Part shown: in pieces, positions 41,843 through 51,337 of the stretch | Layout: every line of letters begins with the position of its first letter | Position numbering within the stretch: position 1 is the first letter of the stretch | Assembly: GCA_963664395.2 (NCBI GenBank) | Contig: OY761159.2 | Coordinates: 3,808,001 to 3,872,000 of the forward strand | Length of the DNA: 64,000 nt | Source of the DNA: Candidatus Binatia bacterium | Lineage (GTDB): Bacteria; Desulfobacterota; Binatia; Bin18 | Reading direction: 5' to 3' | Position numbers and translations under genes: made by a program | The notes under the pieces: model-generated | Database searches by the model: none | Told to the model about the DNA's origin: nothing | What the model saw: the letters and a program-made list of their open reading frames with translations, nothing else

Positions 41843-42841
41843 ATGCGGCCGAGTCGGATAGTCGTATATGCCTCTCTGTTGCTCTTCCTGCTCACGACAG
41901 GTGGAGCACCGACACACGTGTGGTCGTCGGAGTGCATCTCTTCGTGGGACTATCTCCGCTGTCAGTTGCATATTGTTCAAATAGAGCGGGTTGCACGGCG
42001 TCTGCTTGAAGCGGTTCCTCAGCCGCCTCCTGTCCAGTTTATACTGGCCGTCGGCGAGCCGACGATTAACGCTGGAGCAACCTTTGGCAAAGTCATACTC
42101 TCCTCTGGAATGATGGAATTCCTTCGCTCGGACGATGAACTGGCGATGATTCTGGGACACGAACTGGCGCATATTACCCAGGGACACGTTGCCCGAGGAG
42201 CGACGAACAACGTCCTGTTGGATATCGGAAATGCCTTAGCCAGCGCTGTTCTCCCTGGATCGGGTGTGTTGGTCGATATGGTTGGCCAGCTTTTTCTGAA
42301 TCATTTTAATCAAGATCAGGAGATGGAAGCTGACCGGGTAGGGCTCCAGTATGCGGCTGATGCCGGCTATGATCCACGAGCGGGTGAGGCGGTGATGCGC
42401 CGCCTGGCCGAAGAGGTTCCTCAGAGTGCGACTGCGGGGTTTTTCTCTTCTCATCCGTCTTCCGTAGAACGGGCGAGCGCACTGAAGAAGAGGGCGGGCC
42501 GGCTGACCAGGCGAGCGGACGGCGTGCGGCGAACGAAGAGCGTGACCCGGTTTGGCCGGGATGAAGCGGCGTGTCGCCGGGCAAAGCCATATTTTTACCG
42601 TGCTCGGGAGAGTCTGAATTTAACCTGGAAAGCCGCGCTCTATCGTCGAGGCTTAGGCCAGTGCCCGGAGAGTCCACGCGCCCATTTTGAACTGGCCGAG
42701 ACCTATATCCAGCTGGGCCAGGATCGGCGGGCTGCTGCGGAACTGCGCGCGGTGCTGCGCTATGACTCGGGGTATCCGCGCGCCCAACGTCGGCTGCGTG
42801 AAGTTGAGGGCCGTCTCGCGTCGGGAAAAAGTCGAAAATAA
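41843..42841 (+). CDS. M48 metallopeptidase with C-terminal TPR
   Basis: Signal peptide, INA, HELAH, EMEAD and SSHP motifs. Confidence 0.9.
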   Translation: MRPSRIVVYASLLLFLLTTGGAPTHVWSSECISSWDYLRCQLHIVQIERVARRLLEAVPQPPPVQFILAVGEPTINAGATFGKVILSSGMMEFLRSDDELAMILGHELAHITQGHVARGATNNVLLDIGNALASAVLPGSGVLVDMVGQLFLNHFNQDQEMEADRVGLQYAADAGYDPRAGEAVMRRLAEEVPQSATAGFFSSHPSSVERASALKKRAGRLTRRADGVRRTKSVTRFGRDEAACRRAKPYFYRARESLNLTWKAALYRRGLGQCPESPRAHFELAETYIQLGQDRRAAAELRAVLRYDSGYPRAQRRLREVEGRLASGKSRK

Positions 42842-42876
42842 GCGGGCAAACGCCCGGCGACCTCGTCCTGTGAGTG

Positions 42877-43473
42877 CTATTGTTCCGGTTGAGCGTGCGT
42901 CCGAGCCAGGAGGACCTCTTGCACCATAGAAGACAATGATTGAGGTGGCTTTTCTGGCGTCTGCGAGGGTTTTGCGGTTGGAGCGACGAGGAGGCGAAAG
43001 AGGCTGGACTCGCGCTGGAAGAATCCCTCAGTGTGGTAGGATTCCCGAAAGTGGAAGTAGGTATAGTCCAAATGGTGGCAGATTTCATGCAACAAGGTCC
43101 GGAGAAAGGTTCGAAACGCAACCGTTTGTTTTCGTTTTGCCGTTCGCATCCAAACTTGGATCGAATCATTTTTACTGCCACCGCTGTATTGCGTATAGAG
43201 CCCGTGGAGTTCTCCCTGTCGGTTTGACGGACGAGTCCCGTGTACGCGGACCTGGACCGTGCGGACATTCAGCCGCCAGCAGATGTGATTGACAATTGTT
43301 TGGGAGAGCGCTGCGACGCGTGCTTGTTCTTCTGCCACGAGAGCTGCAGGTAATGCCTTTACCGCCGCTCGAAGTTGCGACGTGAGGTCAAGTTCAATCG
43401 TTGTGACCGCAGTGCTACGGTCAAAGATCCGCTGCTGAAAAGGAGTAAGTTTTGCACGCCAGTGTTGCCGCAT
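42877..43473 (-). CDS. Hypothetical HEXXH (zincin-like) protein
   Basis: TLLHEICHHLDY...HTEGF; GGAGG RBS before ATG 43473. Confidence 0.75.
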   Translation of the reverse strand: MRQHWRAKLTPFQQRIFDRSTAVTTIELDLTSQLRAAVKALPAALVAEEQARVAALSQTIVNHICWRLNVRTVQVRVHGTRPSNRQGELHGLYTQYSGGSKNDSIQVWMRTAKRKQTVAFRTFLRTLLHEICHHLDYTYFHFRESYHTEGFFQRESSLFRLLVAPTAKPSQTPEKPPQSLSSMVQEVLLARTHAQPEQ

Positions 43474-43583
43474 TGCACCCTCCTGTACACCCCAACTTAT
43501 TGTGACCTGAAAGGAGCTGGACGGCAAGAGAGGGGGAGGGGTAGAAATCCTTTTCTTTTGTCTGAAAATTACATAGACTGCGA

Positions 43584-44156
43584 GTGGCAAGCTTTTGGAA
43601 AAAGGACAAGACGATACGGGTATGTCGAACAGCTGCGCTCTGGGTCCCTCTCTTCACCGGGGCGGTATTCCTCTATCTCAGCGTGGAGGTGTGGGCTGAT
43701 GCATTTGTTCGCTTTTTTGCAAACCAAAAAGTCGGACAAGAGATTACTGTCACAGGCGGTTTCCGACGTTTCCCTGATCGGGACAAACGACGGTATTTTA
43801 TACGAGATACCCAGACTGGTGATGTCGAGTATGTGGAATACTATGGGATGACGATGCTCCCGACACTGGTTGTAGGCAATGGTGCCGTTTCCATGAAGGC
43901 AAGTATCATGGACAGGATGCTGCTGTTCTACTCGGACCGGGATATTGTGAAAGATATCCCCCTCAAGGGTGAGTCCTACTGGTTTACCGGGACGTTGATC
44001 GGCTACCAGTATGGGACTATGGGGATCACGCGGGGAATGGGCATTGGTGGAGACCCGTATATTTTGCTCAGGAGTGTCTCGGCCAACCCCCCGGATCATC
44101 TCCCTTCGCCACCGCAAAAGAAAGAAAAAGAAGACTCTCCCCCAACTAAAAAATAG
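43584..44156 (+). CDS. Hypothetical exported or membrane-anchored protein
   Basis: N-terminal hydrophobic segment and beta-rich body. Confidence 0.65.
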   Translation: MASFWKKDKTIRVCRTAALWVPLFTGAVFLYLSVEVWADAFVRFFANQKVGQEITVTGGFRRFPDRDKRRYFIRDTQTGDVEYVEYYGMTMLPTLVVGNGAVSMKASIMDRMLLFYSDRDIVKDIPLKGESYWFTGTLIGYQYGTMGITRGMGIGGDPYILLRSVSANPPDHLPSPPQKKEKEDSPPTKK

Positions 44157-44475
44157 AAAGGGCGCTGCCGGTTTGAAACCGTGGTTTCCCTCTTCTCGAA
44201 GTCCCCTTCATTGCGTACTCGTTCTGTCGTCATGATGGACGGTAGGCCGGGCAAAGATAGAGCTCGGCTCAGAGTCTGGGGGACGTGGCCAACTTTCACT
44301 CCTCCCCTCAGTCTCAGTACGCGTCTAATCAGCACGGCCCCACTATACGTTGCTGGTATATGAAAGTAAGCGTCCAGAGTCATCCGAGACTCACCGGAAC
44401 CTGGATGCCAGCGAGTAATTTTTTTACAGCTATGGACATGAGAGCCCGCTAGCGGAGGCGAAGGACACGAGCGGT

Positions 44476-45270
44476 ATGAGTTGGGAGGCGTGGTTTACGC
44501 TTGGTTATGACTGGGCTGGGCATCGTGGGGGACAGCGGATTAGTGGGAAAATTGGAGACATTGTGCTCCATGCTGGCGATACCCTGCTGCTTGAGACGGC
44601 GTCTAGATTTGCCCGCGCGTACCGGAATTCTCCGGATTTCTACCTCGTGTCAGAAATACATGACAGTGCGCCGCCACGCTACGAGAAAGCTGTTCCGGCC
44701 CTGATTGTCCTCATCATTCTGGTCGCAGCCGTGACCTTTGGCCTCTTGCCCATGGTCACGGCTGCGCTGCTGGCTGCATGGACGCTTGTTCTCCTGGGCT
44801 GCCTCTCTATTGGTGAAACGCGCGGCGTTGTGGATATGTCTGTCCTCATCCTTATTGCCGCAGCGTTTGGGGTAGGGAAGGCACTGGAGAAAACCGGAGC
44901 GGCAGAAATCCTTGCCTCAACCCTTGTTGATATCGGTACCGGCTTAGGTCCTATTGGGGTGCTGGCTGCGGTATACCTCGCCACCGCGGCCTTCTCGGAA
45001 GTCATCTCAAATGCGGCTGCTGTGGCTCTCGTCTTTCCCATAGCAGGTGAGGCCGCACTCCAGTTCGGGGTCGATGCCAGACCGTTTGCGATTGCCGTGA
45101 TCGCCGCCGCGTCGTCGAGCTTTGCTTCCCCACTTGGGTATCAAACCAACCTCATGGTCTATGGAGCGGGTGGGTACCGTTTTCTGGATTTTGTGAAGAT
45201 CGGTATTCCGCTCAAGATCCTCCTTTTTATGGTGTCTATGATTTGCATTCCGTACGCGTGGCCCTTTTAA
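44476..45270 (+). pseudogene. SLC13/TrkA-C permease with an apparent large internal deletion
   Basis: MSWEAWFTLG joined directly to a partial TrkA-C domain (IVLHAGDTLLL) and the C-terminal half (SNAAA, SPLGYQTNLMVYG.GGYRF.DF). Confidence 0.75.
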
Positions 45271-45440
45271 TGTGCAACGCAACCATTCTTGAATCGGTCA
45301 CCTGGGCTTGATAATGAGGACTCTACGGGTCTACATTTACACAGGTCTCATCGTATCCGATGTATTTACGCCACAAAGGCACCCAGAGGGTCAGTGAGAG
45401 CAGAGAGCAACAGCACATCCGACGCTGAGGAGGATACTGC

Positions 45441-46538
45441 GTGGGCGAACAAAACACTCCCGACATTCACACCCGTATTACTGAGCGACTCAAGCAGATT
45501 CAATATCCAGGCTCACAGCGGGATATTGTGACGTTGGGACTTGTTGGAAAGGTCCAAGTCCAGGCGGAGAGTGTTGTGATGCACATTCGGGCAAGCAGTA
45601 TCAAAGAAGAGGTACTCCGACACCTGCGCGGACGCATAACGCAGGAGTTGACTACCTTGCCTGAGATCGCGCACGTTCATATACACGCTTTCTCCGCTCA
45701 AACCGGGCAACCAAGCCAAGCTGGTCAAGCTGGTCAAGCTGGCAACCAAGCCGTGCGAGAGCGGGCGGATATTCCCGGTGTTCGGCGCATTCTTGCTGTG
45801 GCCAGTGGCAAAGGTGGGGTCGGGAAATCCACGGTTGCTGTCAACCTGGCCCTGGCGTTGGGATCGTTAGGACATAAAGTTGGGCTGCTTGATGCCGACA
45901 TCTATGGGCCGAGTGTGCCCCTTATGATGGGGACCGAAGCCACACCACGTGCCGGGCAGGATAAAAAGATTTATCCAGTTGAAAAGTATGGGGTGAGTCT
46001 CATTTCGATGGGCCTTTTTCTCGATGACCAATCACCGGTGATCTGGCGCGGCCCAATCGTTATGAGTATTGTCCGCCAATTCCTGCGCGACGTGATCTGG
46101 AATGACTTGGATTATCTCCTTGTAGATCTCCCGCCGGGCACAGGGGATATTGCCTTAACGCTAGCGCAGGAGGTTCCGCTGCATGGTGGGGTTGTTGTCA
46201 CGACGCCACAAGACGTGGCGTTGCTTGATGTCCAGCGTGGGATCGGCATGTTCAAACAAGTCAATGTTCCCATTCTCGGAGTAATCGAGAATATGAGTTT
46301 TTACGAGTGCCCGGTCTGCCACGAAAAAGAAGAGGTTTTTGGCCATGGCGGAGCGCGGAAGACGGGACTAAAAGTGCTGGGCGAGGTGCCTCTTGTTGAA
46401 GAGATACGGGCGGGCGGAGATAGTGGCAAACCACTGCTCCTTACAGACCCTGAACACCCTGTTTCCCTAGAGTTTTTTGGGATTGCCCGGCAGGTCGCAG
46501 AAGCAGAAGAAATGCAGTTGCGCCAGGCGATACACTAG
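45441..46538 (+). CDS. Mrp/ApbC/NBP35 Fe-S carrier ATPase, copy 1
   Basis: DUF59-like N-terminus, SGKGGVGKST, DLPPGTGD and ENMS..CPVC motifs. Confidence 0.95.
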   Translation: MGEQNTPDIHTRITERLKQIQYPGSQRDIVTLGLVGKVQVQAESVVMHIRASSIKEEVLRHLRGRITQELTTLPEIAHVHIHAFSAQTGQPSQAGQAGQAGNQAVRERADIPGVRRILAVASGKGGVGKSTVAVNLALALGSLGHKVGLLDADIYGPSVPLMMGTEATPRAGQDKKIYPVEKYGVSLISMGLFLDDQSPVIWRGPIVMSIVRQFLRDVIWNDLDYLLVDLPPGTGDIALTLAQEVPLHGGVVVTTPQDVALLDVQRGIGMFKQVNVPILGVIENMSFYECPVCHEKEEVFGHGGARKTGLKVLGEVPLVEEIRAGGDSGKPLLLTDPEHPVSLEFFGIARQVAEAEEMQLRQAIH

Positions 46539-46572
46539 ACGTGCCCCTGAGGATTACGTAAGGATACCGGCT

Positions 46573-46890
46573 ATGCCTACCCCCCTTCTCCTGACACCGA
46601 TTCCGGAAGACGAAATTCTGCGTGTTCTGTGGGACGATGACGCTATGAGTGATTATCCCTTTGCCTATCTGCGGGGCTGGTGTCCGTGTGCGGTCTGCCA
46701 AGGTCATGGCGGTGAACGTCGCTTTGTTGAGGTTGAAAAACCACAGCTGGTGAGTATCAGTATGGTCGGCAATTATGCGCTCAACCCCACCTGGGACGAT
46801 GGCCACGAAACCGGTATTTATACGTTCGAATATTTACGGAGTTTGGGCGAAAACTTAGACGGTCAGGATACTGCGGAGGGGACACAGTAA
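46573..46890 (+). CDS. DUF971 domain protein
   Basis: LRGWCPCAVC, VGNYAL and WDDGHETGIY motifs. Confidence 0.92.
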   Translation: MPTPLLLTPIPEDEILRVLWDDDAMSDYPFAYLRGWCPCAVCQGHGGERRFVEVEKPQLVSISMVGNYALNPTWDDGHETGIYTFEYLRSLGENLDGQDTAEGTQ

Positions 46891-46900
46891 AGGTTCACTT

Positions 46901-47968
46901 ATGTCAACACCGCCAACACCCCAGGAATTATTAGAAGCCCTTAAGCAGGTCAAATATCCTGGCTTTAGCCGAGATATTGTCGCCTTTGGTGTGGTTAAGG
47001 ACATCGCCGTCGGTGGAGCCGCCGTCACAGTGGAACTCGCACCTTCTACTGGTAACGCTGAGGTCATCGAAAATATTCGGCGGGGGGTGATTGAAGCGCT
47101 GCGCCCGCTTGTGCAACTTCCCGTGGAGATTTCTATCCAGCAGCCGGCGGCGCCAAAATCGGTGTCCAATGCCAAGCCTGAAATTCCGGGCGTGCGGCAC
47201 GTGATCGCGGTGGCCAGTGGAAAAGGCGGAGTTGGTAAATCAACGGTCTCTGTGAACCTTGCAACCGCGCTTGCCCAAATAGGTCAACGAGTTGGAGTAA
47301 TGGATGCCGACGTCTATGGGCCGAGTATCCCGCTGATGTTGGGGATTAGCGATAAACCCAAGAGTACCGAAGATAAGCGGCTGATCCCAGTCACAAAATA
47401 TGACATGCGGGTCATGTCTATGGGGTTTCTTGTACCAGACGGCCATGCCGTTATCTGGCGTGGGCCAATGATTGATAAGCTGCTGACTGAGTTCATCACA
47501 AAAGTAGAATGGGGAGAATTAGATGTGCTCGTCGTTGACCTCCCTCCGGGAACCGGTGATGCTCAGCTCACTATCATGCAAAAGGTACCCCTCGCTGGTG
47601 GTGTGATTGTGACAACGCCGCAGGACGTTGCTTTGCTTGATGTGCGTCGAGGCATCAAGATGTTTGAGGAAGTCGGAGTCCCGGTCTTAGGCGTTGTCGA
47701 AAATATGAGTTATCTGGTATGCCGTTCCTGTGGGCATAAGGCGCATGTTTTTGATCATGGCGGCGGTGCGAAGATTGCCGAGCAGTTTAACCTGCCGCTC
47801 CTTGGTGAGATTCCTTTAGTACGCGATATTGTGGCTGGCGGGGACGCTGGAACGCCGCTTGTTATAGCCCAACCAGACCACCCGCAGAGTCAGACTTTTC
47901 TTGAGATTGCACAGCAGGTCCTGAAGCAGATCGAAACACCGTCTGTCCACCCCGGGACTCTACAATAG
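46901..47968 (+). CDS. Mrp/ApbC/NBP35 Fe-S carrier ATPase, copy 2
   Basis: YPGFSRDIV, SGKGGVGKST, DLPPGTGD and ENMS..CRSC motifs. Confidence 0.95.
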   Translation: MSTPPTPQELLEALKQVKYPGFSRDIVAFGVVKDIAVGGAAVTVELAPSTGNAEVIENIRRGVIEALRPLVQLPVEISIQQPAAPKSVSNAKPEIPGVRHVIAVASGKGGVGKSTVSVNLATALAQIGQRVGVMDADVYGPSIPLMLGISDKPKSTEDKRLIPVTKYDMRVMSMGFLVPDGHAVIWRGPMIDKLLTEFITKVEWGELDVLVVDLPPGTGDAQLTIMQKVPLAGGVIVTTPQDVALLDVRRGIKMFEEVGVPVLGVVENMSYLVCRSCGHKAHVFDHGGGAKIAEQFNLPLLGEIPLVRDIVAGGDAGTPLVIAQPDHPQSQTFLEIAQQVLKQIETPSVHPGTLQ

Positions 47969-47987
47969 ATCAACGTCCGTTCATTAT

Positions 47988-48341
47988 ATGGCAAAGTTAT
48001 ACGTCTCGTTTGAAAACGGAAATCCTGAACAGGTCATTGAATTTGATCCCTCCCAAGCGCCTTTTCATCATGACGGAGAGCCGGGTTCCATACTCGATAT
48101 CCTGCTCGGACATGGCATTGAGCTCGAACACGCGTGTGGCGGCAACTGTGCCTGCACAACCTGCCATGTGATTGTAACGCAGGGTATGGCGCATTTGACT
48201 GAGAACGAAGAGGAAGAAGACGACCTGCTCGACAAGGCACCTGGTTTGCGATTGACGTCGCGGCTTGGCTGCCAGGCGGTTATGGATGCAGGTGAAGTGA
48301 AGATTCGTATTCCGCGCTATACCATTAACCAACAGGTATAA
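47988..48341 (+). CDS. fdx: ISC/adrenodoxin-type 2Fe-2S ferredoxin
   Basis: HACGGNCACTTCH and SRLGCQ motifs. Confidence 0.92.
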   Translation: MAKLYVSFENGNPEQVIEFDPSQAPFHHDGEPGSILDILLGHGIELEHACGGNCACTTCHVIVTQGMAHLTENEEEEDDLLDKAPGLRLTSRLGCQAVMDAGEVKIRIPRYTINQQV

Positions 48342-48350
48342 TCGAGAGCA

Positions 48351-49079
48351 GTGGCGCGCATGTCTTCCTCGCCGACCTTTGAAGCAACCATTGAGCGGAT
48401 TATTGAACGAACCCCAGATACCCGCTCCTTTTTTCTCCGTGTTGCGAATGGCCGGAATCTACCGTTTCTTCCGGGCCAATTCCTCTCGTTTCTGCTCCCG
48501 ATTGGTGGAGAGACGATAACCCGCGCATACACGATTGCTTCATTGCCTGAAGAAGAGGAATATCTTGAGATTTGTTTGAATCAGGTTGTTGACGGTCCTG
48601 GTTCCTCATACCTCTTTAGCCTGAAAGAAGCTGATGTCCTTCGCTTCACCGGCCCGTGGGGGACTTTTGTCCTTGGCCAACCAATGGACACTGAATATAT
48701 TTTTATTGCCGACCGAGTTGGTGTCGTGCCTTTTCGTTCTATGATTGCACGTCTACTGACTGCCAGCGGGAATAGTACCACCCAGTTGCTGTATGGTGCG
48801 CCACACGCAAGAGACTTGCTTTATACTCCTGAGTGGCAAGGGTGGGAACGCCGGTGCGCTCATTTTTCCTTCCGACCACTGATCAATGAGGGCGAGCCAG
48901 AGGGATATTCAATAGAAAATACACTTTTGCCTTATATCGAACAGAATTTTGTTAAAGAGGTCAGCCCTCGTAACCGGCAATTTTATATCTGCGGGCTAGG
49001 GAGGCCGATTCTGTTATTGAAAGACCTCCTCCGTGGAGCTGGCTATGAGCGCCGGGCTGTGAAATATGAGAAATGGTAG
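48351..49079 (+). CDS. FNR-like FAD-binding oxidoreductase
   Basis: PGQF, RAYTIAS, GPGSSYL, GPWGTF, YICG and terminal EKW; the NAD(P) loop is atypical. Confidence 0.85.
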   Translation: MARMSSSPTFEATIERIIERTPDTRSFFLRVANGRNLPFLPGQFLSFLLPIGGETITRAYTIASLPEEEEYLEICLNQVVDGPGSSYLFSLKEADVLRFTGPWGTFVLGQPMDTEYIFIADRVGVVPFRSMIARLLTASGNSTTQLLYGAPHARDLLYTPEWQGWERRCAHFSFRPLINEGEPEGYSIENTLLPYIEQNFVKEVSPRNRQFYICGLGRPILLLKDLLRGAGYERRAVKYEKW

Positions 49080-49146
49080 AGCTATGTTATGTTGAACAAC
49101 TTCTTCAGAGAAGAGCCCGTATCATGTTCTTCTCATAGCGGTACGG

Positions 49147-49200
49147 TTGACAAGTTGGATTTGAGAACTCTATCATCGAAATAACTAATGAACTAGGGAT
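49147..49200 (+). promoter_or_regulatory. Sigma70 promoter of iscU with candidate operator
   Basis: TTGACA-N18-TATCAT, then the imperfect palindrome ATAACTAATGAACTAGGGAT (49181-49200). Confidence 0.55.
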
Positions 49201-49244
49201 TTTCTGCCTGAATACAGCTTTCTGTTTATGAGGAGGACATCGCG

Positions 49245-49658
49245 ATGGCATACACAGAGAAAGTGATAGCGCATTTTGAGCAGCCGCGGAACGTGGGAAG
49301 TTTTGGGGCGGGGGAAGGGAATGTGGGGACGGGCGTAGTGGGGGCGCCGGAGTGTGGGGACGTGATGAAGTTGCAGTTGAAGATCAATCCGGAGACGGAA
49401 GTGATCGAAGATGCGAAGTTCAAGACCTTTGGGTGTGGGTCGGCGATTGCGTCGTCGAGTTATGTGACGGAGTTAGTGAAGGGGAAGACGGTGGCGGAGG
49501 CGTTTGAGATCAAGAACACGGAGATCGTGGCGGAGCTATCGCTGCCGCCGGTGAAGATACATTGTTCGGTGTTAGCGGAGGATGCGATCAAGGCGGCGGT
49601 AGCGGACTGGCGGGAGCGGGGGGCGTCCAACGTCTCCATCTCGAAGAACGCCGCTTAG
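49245..49658 (+). CDS. iscU: Fe-S scaffold IscU
   Basis: PRNVG, GAPECGDVM, FKTFGCGSAIASSS and LPPVKIHCS motifs. Confidence 0.97.
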   Translation: MAYTEKVIAHFEQPRNVGSFGAGEGNVGTGVVGAPECGDVMKLQLKINPETEVIEDAKFKTFGCGSAIASSSYVTELVKGKTVAEAFEIKNTEIVAELSLPPVKIHCSVLAEDAIKAAVADWRERGASNVSISKNAA

Positions 49659-49699
49659 GATACCGAGCTCAACGCATTCAGTATGGATACGGGGAAGAT

Positions 49700-50230
49700 A
49701 TGGAAAACAACGCCACGCAAGTAACGGCCACACGGCTACAGGGCGGAGAGGAAGCCTTGCTGGGTGATGCGGCTGTTCTGACCCAATTGGATAAAGCCAT
49801 TGGTTGGGCCCGGAAGTATTCGATTTTTCCTTACCCATTCGCAACGGCGTGCTGTGCCATGGAGTATATGTCGCTGTCGATGACGCCGTATGATATCGAT
49901 CGTTTTGGTGCATTACTGCCCCGTTTTAGTCCCAGACAAGCCGATTTGCTGATGGTGATTGGAACGGTGACATGCCGTCAGGCCCCTATCCTGAAACGCG
50001 TATACGAGCAAATGACAGAGCCGAATTGGGTGATGGCTTTTGGGGCCTGTGCCTCAACCGGTGGGTTTTATGATAACTACACCACAGTCGCGGGCATTGA
50101 CCGTATTGTCCCTGTTGATGTGTATGTACCTGGCTGTCCACCCCGTCCTGAGAATGTTTTAGACGCCCTTATGGCTTTGCAACGTAAAATTCAAAGCCAT
50201 AAGCAGAAATTCCGTGGAGTTGAACTGTAG
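49700..50230 (+). CDS. nuoB: NADH-quinone oxidoreductase subunit B, stand-alone paralog
   Basis: TACCAME, SPRQAD, GACASTGG and PGCPPRPE motifs. Confidence 0.92.
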   Translation: MENNATQVTATRLQGGEEALLGDAAVLTQLDKAIGWARKYSIFPYPFATACCAMEYMSLSMTPYDIDRFGALLPRFSPRQADLLMVIGTVTCRQAPILKRVYEQMTEPNWVMAFGACASTGGFYDNYTTVAGIDRIVPVDVYVPGCPPRPENVLDALMALQRKIQSHKQKFRGVEL

Positions 50231-50329
50231 AGATCATGTAACGAACGTAATTGGACCTCGACAGAGACACTGAAAAGTGAGGCTATGGGTATTGGAGCAT
50301 CCTCAAGATCAACTGAGCGCAGCTCTCTG

Positions 50330-50818
50330 ATGAATATCGGACGGCGGGTAGACTACGCTGTTCGTGCGCTGACGTATCTTGCCGCCCAGCCTCAGGACAG
50401 GGTTATCCCCAGGCGAGAGATCCAGACAAAACAAGATATCCCCGCGCATTTCCTGTCTAAGATTATGAAACAGCTTGCGAGTGGAGGATTGGTTGAGTCC
50501 CATATGGGGGCCCGTGGCGGGTTTACGCTCAAGAAGCCTGCGTCTGATATCAGCTTGCGAGCGGTGTATGAGTGTTTAGAAGGGCCCCTGCTGCTGATGG
50601 AATGTCTCGACGAAGACGGGAATGCCTGCTGCTATCATCCGGTGTGTAACCAGATCTCCGTATGGGGGGAGGCGCAACGATTGCTGGGATCGTATTTGGC
50701 TGATGTCTCCATCGGACAAATCGCAAATAAGATTGGGTTGCGAGAGGAGCTTGCCCATCGCGAGCAGGGAGAGTATACAGAATCTGCTCGTCATCACATT
50801 GCTGAGCCGCCGCTCTGA
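50330..50818 (+). CDS. Rrf2-family transcriptional regulator, probably Fe-S binding
   Basis: DYAVRAL, GARGGF and LEG...ECLDEDGNACCYHPVC motifs. Confidence 0.92.
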   Translation: MNIGRRVDYAVRALTYLAAQPQDRVIPRREIQTKQDIPAHFLSKIMKQLASGGLVESHMGARGGFTLKKPASDISLRAVYECLEGPLLLMECLDEDGNACCYHPVCNQISVWGEAQRLLGSYLADVSIGQIANKIGLREELAHREQGEYTESARHHIAEPPL

Positions 50819-50887
50819 AGGTGGAACACTCTCCACTGGAAGAATGGAAACCTAAGAGAGCCCCATTGAACCGAAGGAGCTTTTACG

Positions 50888-51328
50888 GTGCTGTTTAATC
50901 TCGGGAACGTCCTTGTTTTTTCCATCCTTGCAATTGCGTTCTGTGCCGTGCATCTCGCGCTGGGAAAGCTTTTGCGCCCGCACAATCCAGAAGCGAAGAA
51001 GCTGACCACGTATGAGTGTGGAGAGCCGCCTACCGGTAGTGCATGGATTAATTTTAATATTCGTTTCTATCTGATCGCCCTCGTGTTTGTGATCTTTGAA
51101 ATTGAGGTTGTCTTTATTTTCCCAGTTGCCGTAGCTTTTCGTGACTGGCTGCTCAAGGGGCAAGGGCTCTTTGCGCTCACTGAGATATTGATCTTTCTGG
51201 GTATTCTTGTTGTTGGACTGGTCTATGTCTGGGCCAAGCGTGATCTCGAATGGCTCAAGCGACTGCAACCAACCGCAGCCGAAGCTGAGACAGCAGTGGA
51301 AGAGTCCGAATTACCGAAGGCAGCCTGA
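50888..51328 (+). CDS. nuoA: Complex I subunit A
   Basis: TYECGE and RFYLIALVFVIFEIE motifs. Confidence 0.96.
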   Translation: MLFNLGNVLVFSILAIAFCAVHLALGKLLRPHNPEAKKLTTYECGEPPTGSAWINFNIRFYLIALVFVIFEIEVVFIFPVAVAFRDWLLKGQGLFALTEILIFLGILVVGLVYVWAKRDLEWLKRLQPTAAEAETAVEESELPKAA

Positions 51329-51337
51329 GGAGAAAGT

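Noticed and set aside
44096-44383. 95-aa ORF between the hypothetical gene and the SLC13 remnant
   Set aside because: It overlaps a convergent gene and has no recognisable motif or RBS.
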